A stretch of 64,000 nt of DNA from Eledone cirrhosa (taxonomy: Eukaryota), in assembly GCA_964016885.1 (NCBI GenBank), contig OZ024744.1, forward strand, positions 69,130,001 through 69,194,000, read 5' to 3'. A program made the translations under genes and the position numbers. The notes under the pieces are model-generated. The model was given only the letters and a program-made list of their open reading frames with translations. It was not told the DNA's origin and did not search any database. Positions 36,651 through 52,904 of the stretch are shown here, piece by piece. Position 1 is the first letter of the stretch, and each line of letters starts with the position of its first letter.

Positions 36651-38672
36651 ATTCTCCCTCTTTGTCACATCAATTCTCTTACTCACTATCCTTCTCTGGA
36701 AGAAATCTACTGCACTCAGACGTGGAGAGGTGATGCCCTCTGCCAGGCTTAAAATGTCCAATATAGGCTGTATATCAATACAGGGCCCCTACCTTTCCAT
36801 TAAAAGTTACGGGAAAAAGGAAAGGAAAGAAAATTTGTAAAGAAAAACATATTTTCCTCAAAAAGAAGGAGGTTTTGTACTGCGCTCTTCATCGTTTGTA
36901 CAACCATTAATCCAAAATAGTTTAAGGTCCTACATATTTATAACGTCCGAGATATGGTCATCTGAGGCGTGCTAATTATTGATATGCGCAAATCTTTCAA
37001 GAATCCAATTACAACCATATTCTGATCTGAATGTTTTATGTATATCTTGTTGCCCTAATAAAAATTGCCGTATAGTTAAAAATATATTTTGATTTGCAAA
37101 GTATTCATCAGAGTCTATTAAAAAATGTATAAAGAAATGTATTTATATATGTTATTTTTATCCCTATCTCACTCTCATTGTTTCTTTATACACACACGCC
37201 CACCCCGTCCACTATATATACAGGGTCTTCCAAAAGGTGTATACACACTTCAACATCATTCTAATAAATATTGTTTGTACAGGTAATCAAAGTGAGTATA
37301 ATTTTTTTTTTTATAAATAATATATATATATAGTAAAAGAAACTGGAGGTTATATCGGTAGTAAGAAGAGCACTCAGTCCAAAGAACGAGTTTGATATAG
37401 GGTTATTTCTACAGCAAATTAACAAACGATATTCAAGGACGCGCGTTTGACCGAACGGATTTTTAACCCGTGCATGGCTGCGATTAGAACGGAAGTGTAT
37501 ATAAGCTGACTAGATTCTACGCGATAGATAGCGATAGCTTGGTGACAAGGAAGATAACTCAAATTAGACTGATCCGGGGGAGACTATTTTCGTTTGATTT
37601 AGTTCATTCCGGGTAAGATTTATAGTTATCTCGGGTCTTTGCAGCTACGTAACAGATACTTCACAGCGTGTGGGCAACGATAAAAAAAAATCGGCTGTTA
37701 TGTATGGTAAGTACTATTACGTAACCTCTGCAAGATATTCACACTTTCACCAACACACAGCTTACGGGGCATTGCTCCATTTCCGTAAGCTGTGTATTGA
37801 TGATAGAGTGAATATCCTGCAGATGTTACGTAAATGCCTGGAAGTTTGATTTGCTAGAATTAGCGGCCAAATCTCATTCAAATTACATTCTATGGTCTCA
37901 TATAGAGAATAAAAAATTGGCTAATGTAATTTGGTTTTTGTTATTAGATCTGCTGGTTCAATGACCTAGGTTAGGCACCATCAGCAACGACAGCAGTAGC
38001 AACAACATCAAAAACAAAACGAATTGATTACACAAGTTGTTAAAATATTAAAACGCAAATTAACAGTGTGAATATTTACGGGCATAAGAATTGAAAAATA
38101 ACAAGAGCTGAAATAGGTCTGAATCAAAAATTACGAGAGAGGGTGGGGAGGAGCGTCTGTTAAATTAATAGTAAAACAGACTTTAATGAAGAAGAAATAG
38201 TTGCTTGAATCAACCCTTAGTGTATTACTGATGAATATTTTATTAACTCCTGTGAGGCGAGGAGCATTTCGTTTGAAATTTCGAATTGAGATTTAGAAGG
38301 GCGAAATAAAATATAGGCATCACCATTCGGTTATCAAAAGAAGATAAGTAAGTGCAAAACCCAAACTCATGATCTACAATTTACAGTTTATGCCTAGCTT
38401 TACTTATGAATCTTGAGTAATGAAAGAATACGATCGCGAATGCATCCGGCCGAAATAAGGTTCTTCCCAAGGGTGTTTATGATAATGTTACATGATAGGC
38501 TCAGATAAGAGGGAGTAGCTCCTGGTAGAGACACTATTTCGCCGCATCGAGAGATCTCAACGGTACATGGATGAATAAGATCCATGAGCTCAGCTCAGTT
38601 GATCTCTCTTTGGGCTCCAACTGAATCATGTAGAGACGGTTGTTTTTGATGGATGCTCTGGAAAGCGTGTCC

Positions 38673-38836
38673 GAAGAAGAAGAAGAAGAAGAAGAAGAAG
38701 AAGAAGAAGAAGAAGAAGAAGAAGAAGAAGAAGAAGAAGAAGAAGAAGAAGAAGAAGAAGACGACGAAGAAGAAGAAGAAGAAGAAGAAGAAGAAGAAGA
38801 AGAAGAAGAAGAAGAAGAAGAAGAAGAAGAAGAAGA
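38673..38836. repeat. (GAA)n microsatellite
   Basis: Seen directly. Confidence 0.98.
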
Positions 38837-38994
38837 ATTTAGTCCGTTATTTTACGAATGCGACGTCTAAAACTAATAAGAAACATGGCAAGGAGGTAGA
38901 AACAGGAACCTAAGTCTCCCTACCGCCATAAAAGGAAAGCAGGCTGGATAAAACAACATATGTTCAATGAGGAAGGAGTAATTACATAATCAAT

Positions 38995-39255
38995 AATTGT
39001 TTCGACTTTTGGCACAAGGCCAGCAAATACACAGTGCATTACTGGTATTTTATTTTATCGACCCCGTAAGGATGAAAGGCAAAGTTAACCTCGGCGGGAT
39101 TTGAACTCAGAATGGCAAGAGCCGTAACTCTATGCTGCAAAACATGGCGTCCAACCCTCTACCGATTCTGCCAATCTACCGCCCTCTAATTACATAATCA
39201 ATAATTGTTTCTACTTTTGGCACCAGGCCAGCAATTACCCAGTGCATTACTGGTT
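38995..39255 (-). mobile_element. SINE plus a second SINE 3' fragment, with ~19-bp TSD
   Basis: TAATTACATAATCAATAAT on both sides of the first copy. Confidence 0.85.
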
Positions 39256-40044
39256 AATCAATAATGTGACGTCACCATATTGCGTTACTTCAAATAGGTT
39301 AATTTGGAATGCTTTAAATACTGGAAGTTGTTTAAATATTTAGATATTGTGGGCGAATAAAAAAACTGACATTGATTTTAATTATAATCAGCAAAACACG
39401 ACTATAATAATCGCAACTCCCACTGTTTCGGACTTAAATAGAACAATTCTATTTTCGCAACACAATATTATTCATAAATTGTTGTGTTGATTTTTAAAAC
39501 TGTAATTATTTTAATTTAAAAAAGAAAAACTGAGATATGAATAGATTGAGAATGAATAATGAATGAGTTATGAATTATTTTATAATTAGCGGAAATTTTT
39601 TTTATAATATAAGCTATTCAAAAATGAATTTCTATGTCATGGAAACATTTTCGCCATATTTTTAAAATGACAACTAATCTAGACTCATAAAAAAAAATGT
39701 TCATCTATACAAAATTTCCATAGCTACCGAGTGGAAAATCTGTATGATAAAGAAAAAAAAAAACATTGAACACAGTCATTTATATTTATATATATTACGT
39801 CATTCATAAATGTTGTTTTCTGGGAAAGATAAGTCTTCTAATCTCATAAATAATTACATCTATTTATCTATATGATAAAGCTCTATTGTCTGAAACATGT
39901 GTTAGTTTAAAAGCGTATTGATTCTTTGGTGCCTTTTATAATCTTTATATATCAGCTCTGCGTGAAGCCCAATGCATCGAACTTTAAATCCTCTGGTAAA
40001 GTTTCTACCCAATAATAACTATACTGTTATTATTATTAATATTA

Positions 40045-40240
40045 AGGGCAGTGGATTGGCAGAATAGTAGAGGGTTGGACGCCATGCTTTGCAGCATAGA
40101 GTTACGGCCCTTTATATTCTGATTTCAAATCCCGCTTAGGCTAACTTTGCCTTTCATCCTTACGGGATCGATAAAATAAAGTACCAGTAATGCACTGGGT
40201 ATTTTGCTGGCCTTGTGCCCAAAGTAGAAACAATTATTAA
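40045..40240 (+). mobile_element. SINE with TSD attattaatatta
   Basis: Core and tail match the family. Confidence 0.88.
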
Positions 40241-40265
40241 TATTATATCTATATAAATATGTATC

Positions 40266-40315
<50 letters not shown>

Positions 40316-40387
40316 CCTGTGTATGTATGCGTGCGCGCGCGTGTGTGTAAATTTATGTATGTATCTATCAAAGTATATATACACGTA

Positions 40388-40540
40388 TGTCTCTCTTAAT
40401 TTTAAGTTTATTTTGGACCGGCCACCTTCTTGGTAGCAAGGTTGTAAAGAAAGGAAATTGTTGCTGTCTCTTGTGTAAGCTTCATCCTTTGAATCGTAAG
40501 AATGTTTTACGAATTTTGAAAGTTCCAGATACTGCAGCCA
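40388..40540 (-). mobile_element. Diverged R4/Dong-like family 1 3' tip
   Basis: gaccggccaccttc..gcaaggttgtaaa 3' UTR motif. Confidence 0.7.
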
Positions 40541-41029
40541 TACAACTCACGAGACAAAATGGCTGTTAGTTATACGTCGAACAAATTGTGTTCGACCGAG
40601 AAAGGGATCCGTTCCAGCGTCTAGGCCCGTTTAAAGTGTGTTCAAAGCTACGAACATCAATGTCTGAGTTATGGTGTACTGTAAGCTAGAAAACTATATA
40701 TCAAATATTTACACTGCAATTCATTTTTGTTGATACTTTGTTCTTAGTTTTACTGTTTCCGTAATAACACTTACGTTCATTTTATGTGTGTATGTATGTA
40801 CGTTATGTATGTATGTATGTATGTATGTATGTATGTATGTATGTATGTATGTATGTATGTATCTATGTATGTATGGGCGGAAGAACTCATAAGAATCAAC
40901 GCCCCCCCCCCCCCCCCCCCCCGAAGTGTAAATATGTATATACATATGTATATATGTGTGTATGTATATATGTATATACATGTATACATATGTGTATATA
41001 TGCGAGTGGACATAGAAATAATCGGGCTG

Positions 41030-41355
41030 GATACCCGATCGCGCAGTTAAACCACTGCGAGTGAAGGACCCCTAGCTTTTGTCAGGGCATTCTTCTAGGA
41101 GAAGGCAACTCAGGAAACTGGGATAACTCCGATATAAAACCTGTGGCTCAGTAGTTACCGATGATGTAGATCTTTTCTTCTTTTAGGGTTATAGCTACTG
41201 TCGCTCAAAGAGTGGGATTGGCTCAGTGCACAGTCTTTCCTCACTTAAAAAAAAATCTTCACGCACAGGCATTGCACGGTAGAATTAATTTCTAATTATT
41301 AATAACGTTATATCGTGCAATGGCCACATTCGCTAATGGGAGGGCAGCCATCATG
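41030..41355 (+). mobile_element. Diverged RTE-derived non-autonomous element
   Basis: tctaggagaagg, gagtgggattggctcagtgcac and the end gggcagccatcatgtat. Confidence 0.7.
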
Positions 41356-41569
41356 TATATATACATCTGCACACAAACACACACGCACACATACACGCTC
41401 GCGCGCACACACACGTATAATTATATATATATGTGTGTGTGTGAACGTTTGTGTATATACATATATATGCGTATATATCAACATATATATGCACAAATAT
41501 GATTACATAATACATACATACATACACACATACATGCAAACATACAATCATTGATACGCACATACATAC

Positions 41570-43958
<2,389 letters not shown>

Positions 43959-44072
43959 CTTACATACATACAAACATAGATATATACATACATACATACA
44001 TACATACATACATACATACATACATACATACATACATACATACATACATACATACATACATACATACATACA

Positions 44073-45788
44073 TGGATAGGCTATACTTCTCACGCAAGGA
44101 AGGTGGCCGGGGTCTAAAATCAATATTAACAACATATGAGACCCGGATAGTAACACTGAAGCAACACCTTCAACAGAGGGAAAAGGTTGGCAACCATCTT
44201 GCCCAGGTTTATGAGCATGAAAAAAGAAATATCATTAGAATAGCGACTGATCTGGAGGAGAGATATGGAATAAAGCCTGATATAAATCTCTCACCCAGAG
44301 AAATCGGAAGATCCTATTCAATGTTCGAAAACTTCTCAGTGTTACTGGGAACTTTAACATCAATGGTGATGTGGATAGGTTATACATCTCACGCAAGGAA
44401 GGTGGCCGGGGTCTAAAATCAATTTTAACAACATATGAGACCCGGATAGTAACACTGAAGCAACACCTTCAACAGAGGAAAAGGTTGGTAACCATCTTGC
44501 CCAGGTTTATGAGCATGAAAAAAAAATATCATTAGAATAGCGACTGATCTGGAGGAGAGATATGGAATAAAGCCTGATATAAATCTCTCACCCAGAGAAA
44601 TCGGAAGATCCTATTCAATGTTCGAAAACTTCTCAGTGTTACTGGGAACTTTAACATCAATGGTGATGTGGATAGGTTATACATCTCACGCAAGGAAGGT
44701 GGCCGGGGTCTAAAATCAATATTAACAACATATGAGACCCGGATAGTAACACTGAAGCAACACCTTCAACAGAGGAAAAGGTTGGTAACCATCTTGCCCA
44801 GGTTTATGAGCATGAAAAAAAAATATCATTAGAATAGCGACTGATCTGGAGGAGAGATATGGAATAAAGCCTGATATAAATCTCTCACCCAGAGAAATCG
44901 GAAGATCCTATTCAATGTTCAAACAATATTAAAAAATTGACCAATTTACAGAAAAAGTTGTGCATGGATATTTGAGGCGTAAAACACAGACCATAGAGGG
45001 GATAAACCACTCAAAAAGCCTGGCATGGAGTTCCGACAAGTTTATGACATCACACCTTGAGGGATATCTCTATGCAATACAGGAACAAGAACTCCCTACC
45101 AAATATCTGCTGCACAAAAGAGGAGGGCCAGCAGCTGTCAATAAATGTAGGCTATGTAAAACAAAGATCGAGGATGTAAGCTACATTGTTGCCAGCTGCG
45201 AAAGAATGTCAACTCGCTACTACCTCCCCATGAGACACGATGGGATAGCTAGAACCATCTGGAACGCACTTCGGAAAACAAAATTAACAACAAACGAGGA
45301 AGATAGAAGGCACTAAGGAATACTGGTGGAACCTGAAAATAAAAACTGCCACCAAATTAAAGCACAACCTGCCTGATATTGTAGTTTGGGACCACACATT
45401 GAAAACGTGTTCTGTTGTGGAGATCAGCTGCCCACTTTATGTAAATGTTGTCAGAAAAATACAGGAGAAGGAGGACATCTACGGACCATTGATGAGAAGT
45501 TTACAAATCCAGTATCCAAGATACACCTTTAGCTTCATACCCATCATTATTGGTGCTACGGGTTATATACCAACCCGCTTGGACCAAAGTATGACTGAAC
45601 TTGGATTTGCGGACAAAAAGCGCAGCTCCCTAATTCATAGTCTACAAATGGCTGCGATAGCTGGCACCTTCAAAATTTGCAAAACATTCTTGCGATTCAA
45701 GGGATGACAATTTCTTTTCTTTTACAACCTTGCCACCAGGAAGGTGGCCGGTCAAAAAAATATACTCGAAATTAAGAGAAAGAGAAAA
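44073..45788 (+). mobile_element. R4/Dong-like family 1, 5'-truncated, with an internal ~298-bp triplication
   Basis: The DRLY..RKEGGRGL block recurs at 44074, 44373 and 44670, followed by the RLE and shared 3' end. Confidence 0.9.
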
Positions 45789-45813
45789 CATACATACATA
45801 CATACATACATAC

Positions 45814-46421
45814 ATGGTGGCTGCCAACTCGTTTTCGAGTACAGCCACTACTTTATCCATGTAGGAGAACCCCTACCGATGCGCTGAACGAGTGTGACTT
45901 TTTAGTCCAGCCAGTGACTTGAAAACTCTGGTACAAACACTACACTTGTGACAATTATTGACACATAGTGCTGGGCCGATGGTACCATGAGATGACAAGG
46001 GCAGAGAGATCTCCAGATATAAAGCAATGCCTGTGCTGTGAAGCTTTTATAGTGAGCAAAGGCACTGCACAAAGCCAGTCCCACTCTCTTAACCAAGATG
46101 ATATTTACCAAAAAGAAGAACAAGTCAACATCATTGGATACCATCAGGGTTGCAGGTGTTATATCAGAGTTTTCCTTCTCCTAGAATTCTGCTTTGACAA
46201 AGGCTAAGGGGTCATCTCTCCCGGTGATTTTAGATGGCCATTGACTCTTAAGAGCTCCTTTGCCCTTTGACAGGTTTTGTTTTTAGTCCTGCAGGATGTC
46301 CAAAGTCACCCTCCTCACCAAGAAACCTTGGTGGGGTTGCCAGTTTAGTCGCCAACGACCCGACCATGGGACAGGTTGTACTGGGATACATGTTACCAGT
46401 AGCACCAACTGGTGACCTGAC
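45814..46421 (-). mobile_element. RTE-derived bipartite element, full-length copy 8
   Basis: Consensus match. Confidence 0.88.
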
Positions 46422-46517
46422 ATACATACATACATACAAACATACATACATACATACATACATACATACATACATACATACATACATACATACATACATA
46501 CATACATACATACATAC

Positions 46518-46798
46518 ATGGTGGCTGCCAACTCGTTTTCGAATCCTGCCACTACTTTATATCCATGTAGGAGAACCCCTACCGATGCGCTGAAATTTTT
46601 GACTTTTTAGTCGAGCCAACGACTTGAAAACTCTGGTACAAACACTACACTTGTGACAATTATTGACACATAGTGCTGGGCTCTTGGTACCATGTGATGA
46701 CAAGTGCAGAGAGATCTCAAGATATAAAGCAGTGCCTGTGCCGTGAAGCTTTTATAGTGAGCAAAGGCACTGCACAAAGCCAGTACCACTCTCTTAAC
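46518..46798 (-). mobile_element. RTE-derived element, truncated copy 9
   Basis: Consensus match. Confidence 0.85.
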
Positions 46799-46855
46799 AT
46801 ACATACATACGTACATACGTATATACATACGTACGTAGATACGGACGTACATACA

Positions 46856-46886
<31 letters not shown>

Positions 46887-47039
46887 GTACATACATACGT
46901 ACATACATACATACATACGTACATACATACATACATACATACATACATACATACATACATACAAACATACATACGTGCATACATACATGCATACATACGT
47001 AGATACATACATACATACAAACATACATACATACATACA

Positions 47040-47070
<31 letters not shown>

Positions 47071-47159
47071 GTACATACATACGTACATACATACGTACAT
47101 ACGTACATACATACATACATGCATACATACATACATACATACATACATACATACATACA

Positions 47160-47190
<31 letters not shown>

Positions 47191-47254
47191 GTACATACAT
47201 ACATACGTACGTAGATACATACATACATACATACATACATACATACATACATAC
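46799..47254. repeat. Long (TACA)n tract with TACG/TATG variants
   Basis: Seen directly. Confidence 0.97.
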
Positions 47255-47633
47255 ATGGTGGCTGCCAACTCGTTTTCGAGTACGGCCACTACTTTACATC
47301 CATGTAGGATAACCCCTACCGAAGCGCTGAACGAGTGTGACTTTTTAGTCCAGCCAGCGACTTGAAACCTCTGGTACAAACACTACACCTGTGACAATTA
47401 TTGACACATAGTGCTAGGCCCATGGTAGGACAATTATTGACACATAGTGCTGGGCCCATGTGAGGACAAGTGCAGAGAGATCTCCAGATATAAAGCAATG
47501 CCTGTGCCGTGAAGCTTTTATAGTGAGCAAAGGCACTGCACAAAGCCAGTCCCACTCTCTTAACCAAGATGCTATTTACCAAAAAGAAGAACAAGTCAAC
47601 ATCATTGGATACCATCAGGGTTGCAGGTGTTAT
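47255..47633 (-). mobile_element. RTE-derived element, truncated copy 10
   Basis: Consensus match, with a small internal duplication. Confidence 0.85.
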
Positions 47634-47774
47634 ATACATACATACATACATACATACATACATACATACATACATACATACGTACGTACATACATACATA
47701 CATACATACATACATACATACATACATACATACGTACGTACATACGTACATACATACATACATACATACATACA

Positions 47775-47805
<31 letters not shown>

Positions 47806-47910
47806 GTACATACATACGTACATACATACATACATACATACATACATACATACATACATACATTCATACATACATACATATGTACATACATACATACATA
47901 CATACATACA

Positions 47911-47941
<31 letters not shown>

Positions 47942-48198
47942 GTACATACATATGTACATACATACATACATACATACATACATACATACATACATACATA
48001 CATACGTACGTACGTACATACATACATACATACATACATACATACATACATACATACATACATACTTACATACATACATACATACATACATATGTACATA
48101 CATACGTACATACATACATACATACGTACATACATACATACATACATACATACATACATACATACATACATACATACATACATACATACATACATACA

Positions 48199-48227
<29 letters not shown>
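47634..48227. repeat. ~600-bp (TACA)n tract
   Basis: Seen directly. Confidence 0.97.
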
Positions 48228-48229
<2 letters not shown>

Positions 48230-48453
48230 GTGTGTGTTTGTGTTTTTTAGAATTTAAGCACACTTGAGTGAATATTTATTCTGCATAGAAGAGGTCATAG
48301 AGTACAGGATGGAGCGCTATTGTCCCTGGGTGCGTCTTCCAAGTACCCTGGGAAAAAATATGTTACATAAGTAAACTTGCCCCATATACACAGTTAAAAT
48401 TAATTAGAAGAATGCACACACCCATTACACACATCCGCTGACATAAACACATG

Positions 48454-48517
<64 letters not shown>

Positions 48518-48557
48518 CCTCTCTCACTCCACGCATGCACACACACAAGAAGATATA

Positions 48558-48633
<76 letters not shown>

Positions 48634-49035
48634 TATATGTTATTCTGGTTTGAATCGGATGTAACCACAGTAAGCAAGGTACTCAATACATAGCAGAATA
48701 TAAAAGTTTTAATATAGAAGGACTAGAGCTGTTTCATTCGTGAGAAATCATCAGGAAGCTTCCTGATGATTTCTCACGAAATATATATATTTATATATAT
48801 GACCACCACAACCAACGGATCACACACCACCGCTCATCGTTCCAGCTATCCACTCCATAACATGAAAAATATCCGGCAGCTCATCGTACCCTCCTCGGAA
48901 CTACCTTAGGAACAACCGGAAATTTACAAATTTCTTAAATTTATTAATTTAATTTATAAATTTAATTTATAATAAATTGGAGTGAAAGTAACTGGTGCGT
49001 GTGTTTCTTATTGCAACATGGCCCTCCCAAAGTAT

Positions 49036-49095
<60 letters not shown>

Positions 49096-49330
49096 CGAAG
49101 GAAATGTGGTAAGGAACCAGATGGACCATAACGCACCAAAGTACTCAATACTTAGGGTAGTAGAGTGAGTAATAGGAACAAGTAGGACTCCGACGGCTGA
49201 GCTCAAGCCGTTTCGACGGCTAATTCTGGATTAAATCTGGACTTAGTCCAGAATTAGCCGTCGAAACGGCTTGAGCTCAGCCGTCGGGTCCTACTTGTTC
49301 CCATATATATATATATATAAGCATAGATAC

Positions 49331-49503
<173 letters not shown>

Positions 49504-49899
49504 CGTGTGCCTGTGCGTGCGTGAGAGAGACAGTGTGTTTATAAATAAATGAATGGATTACTCACTCGATTTATAGTAACATTCATAATGAGTGCAGGAA
49601 ATATTTTAAAAATCTGTGAATAATAATATTCTAAGTGTTGATAAACAACCCATTGAATGTACAGTGCTATCTGGGAGAATCTACATTCACCTCAAGTGAA
49701 CGGAACTTGTAGTTAATGCAGTTACTAATACTTAACCTTGTACCAAATATTAACCTCATAAATTTTGAGGATTGATGGGCTTGTACTTAATAGGTTTGTC
49801 ATGCGATACATTTGTTTGTGACAAGTCAGTAACAAATGTACGCAATCTATCATCACTATAACAGCAAAATAGAACATTGTTATTATTAGTATCACTATA

Positions 49900-50895
49900 G
49901 GGTGGTGGATTGGCAGTATTGGTAGAGGGTCGGACGCCATGCTTTCAAGCATAGAGTTACCTCCCTTTATGATCTGAGTTCAATTCCCGCCAAGGTTAAC
50001 TTTGCCTTTCATCCTTACAGGGTCGATAAAATAAAGTACCAGTAATACACTGAGATATTTGCTGGCCTTGTGCCAAAAGTAGAAACAATTATTTACTTTA
50101 TTATAGCAATTGATTGGCAGTATCAGTAGAGTATCAGACATGAGTTCAAATCGCACCGAGGTTAACTTTGCCTTTCATCCTTACGGGGTCGATAAAATAA
50201 AGTACCAGTAATACACTGGAATATTTGCTGGCCTTGTGCCTAAAGTAGAAACAATTATTATTATTATCACTATAGGGCGATGGATTGGCAGTAATCGGTA
50301 GAGGGTCTGAGTTCAAATCCCGCCGAGGTTAACTTTGCCTTTCATCCTTACGGTGTCGATAAAATAAAGTACCAGTCACGTACTAGGGTGGATTTGAACG
50401 ACTTTCCCCCTCCTCCAAAATTGCTGGCCTTGTGCCTATATATAAGAGACCATTATTATTAGCGCTATCAGGGTCGTGGATTGGCAGAATTGGTATAATG
50501 TCGGATACCATGCTTTGCAGCATAGAGTTACGGCCCTTTACGTTCTTAGTTTAAATCTCGCCAAAGTTAGCTTCGCCTTTCATCCTTACGGGGGTCGATA
50601 AAATAAAGTACCAGTAATGCACTGGAGTCGATTTAATCGACTTTCCCCTTCCGCAAAAAATTGGTGGCCTTGTGCCAATAGCAGAAATCAAGGGTTGTGG
50701 TTTGGCTGTATCGATAGAGTGTCGGACACCCGATTTTTCGGCGTAAAGTTATGGCCCTATGCGTTCTGAGTTCAAATCGCCTTTCATCCTTACGGGATTG
50801 ATAAAATAAAGCACCAGTAATACACTGGGGTCGTTTTAATCTACATTCCCCTCCTCCCCAAAATTGATGGCTTTGTGCCTAAAGTAGAAATTATT
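49900..50895 (+). mobile_element. Head-to-tail array of about 5 tRNA-like SINEs
   Basis: Repeated ggattggcag...gcctttcatccttacggg...ggccttgtgcc units. Confidence 0.9.
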
Positions 50896-51588
50896 GTTGA
50901 TGTTATTATTGTTGTATCATTGATGTTGCTGCAGTTGATGTGACTGTTTCACATAAATCAAGATATTTCAGACAGCGTTGGAAGAGAAAAGGATATTACC
51001 TCGTTCATTTAATTTTTAAAAAAACTTTTTTTTTTAAAGCAAAGGGATTTAAGTCATTTGAGCGTCCTCTCATTACACAAAAGTTCACATTGTCTCAAAT
51101 GATAAGAAGATTACCAGACCTGGTTAACGGTATAAGAGACTAGCCACAAACGTAGCATATTAAAACTTTAGGAAACATTTGAAAATATTTATTACGCAAT
51201 ACATTATGTTTGTGACTAGTCAGTAACAATGTACGCAATCCATCATCCCTATAATAGCGAAATTAAACATTGTTATTGCTATTAGGGCGGAGGATTGACA
51301 GTATCGGTAGAGCGTCGGACACCATGCTTTGCAGCATAGAGTTTGTTTGTGGAAAAACCATCAGTCACCCATACATACCAGTCCCCCCCCCCCCCCCCCA
51401 CACACACTCCACGCCACCGATGTTGTCCAAGGGAAAGGCTAAGGCTGATACAGTTCTGTTATCAGTGACGCGATGGTAAAATCATTTCTAAAGCTTCTAA
51501 AGCAGAGTAAACTGGAGCAACATGAAATAAAGTGTTTTGCTCAAGGACACAACACATCACCCGGCTTGAGATCGAACTCAACCTCACG

Positions 51589-51632
<44 letters not shown>

Positions 51633-52069
51633 ATATATATATATGTATATATATGTATATATATATATATATAATGTATATATATATGTATATATATATA
51701 TGTATATATATATATGTATATATATATAGTGTGTAAGATGGTAATAGGGACGTAAACAAGAGAAGAAAAGTATCCCTTCATCAGCTGTTTACTGCGTATC
51801 ATAGATGTTTCGGCGCTTAAAACAAGTCATCGATCGGCAGCGCGCTCGAGGCCTTTTATCCATCATAAGGCCACGAGGGAAAGAAATGATAGTGAAGAGA
51901 GAGGAAGAAAGAAAAAAAAGGGAAAGAGGAAAAAGCGAAGTAAACATACCGAATAGAAGGGGGAACATAGGACAATGGTACATGCAAGTGAGTGTAGAGA
52001 GAGAGAGAGAGAGAGACGGAAAGACCGGAAGTGAGAGGGATAGAGAACATCACAAATTTTCTCTCTCCC

Positions 52070-52840
52070 TCTGAAATGCATAATATGTAAACTAAGCCCC
52101 CATATTAAATGTAAAACTAGAAATGTAGTATATAGCATAAGATGTACTGAAGCACAATGTAAAGATAAGAATATAGTGTACATAGGTGAGACAGCTCGTA
52201 GTATAGGAGAACGGTTAAATGAACACTGGCGAGAACTTCAAGATAAAAAAGTATCATCAATACTCCACCAACATGCTAAAATAGAACATAAGGGCAAATT
52301 AGAGAACATAGAAATAAAAATAGAATCTACACACAGAAAAGACGCAATGTTTAGACAAATCACGGAGGCAATAAACATAAATGAACTCCAACCAAACTTA
52401 AATAGAAAACATGAATGGAATAGCAACATCACAACTTACAATTAAGGACAAAATGAAAACACACACACATATAGAACAAACAACCAACCAGTAACATTTA
52501 ACTAAACAAATAAATAATCAAATAAAAACACATACAGACACCCGGATGTAACACATGCGCAAACTAAGCACTCAACACACACAACAACAAGATGGCGTAG
52601 GACAGAACAAAGGAGAGGCACAAAACAAAGAAAATAATCCCCAGTCACTGAAGAGGTCACAGAATATGTGACGAAAGAACTTTGACAATATATGAACAAC
52701 CGCCCGGTTATGGAACCAACCAACCGGAAATTTATAAATTCTTAAATTTATAAATTTAATTTATAATAAATTGGAGTGAAAGCAACTAGTGCGTGTGTTT
52801 CTTATTAGTAACATGACCCTCCCAAAGCATAACAATATCG
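52070..52840 (+). mobile_element. PLE 3' fragment: GIY-YIG plus pseudo-LTR with HHR (52644-52686)
   Basis: YIGETARSIGERLNEH; gtca-CTGAAGA-ggtcacagaatatgtgac-GAAA-gaac-TT-tgac. Confidence 0.88.
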
Positions 52841-52904
52841 GTTTCAACACACGTTTTCAGATAAAGAATCTTGCTAAACAAATTCAGAATCGGAATATAT
52901 ATAT

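Noticed and set aside
37430-37460. Hammerhead remnant (cAAAcgcgcgTC, minus); similar halves at ~58535 and ~61285
   Set aside because: Only the 3' half of the core is present or it is mutated, so it was not called.
46607-48267. Long MYVC/HTYI ORFs (also the YI, CV, poly-E and poly-K ORFs elsewhere)
   Set aside because: They are translations of stop-free microsatellites.
51770-51822. Permuted (type II) hammerhead on the minus strand
   Set aside because: GAAA and CTGATGA are present, but stems I and II do not pair convincingly.
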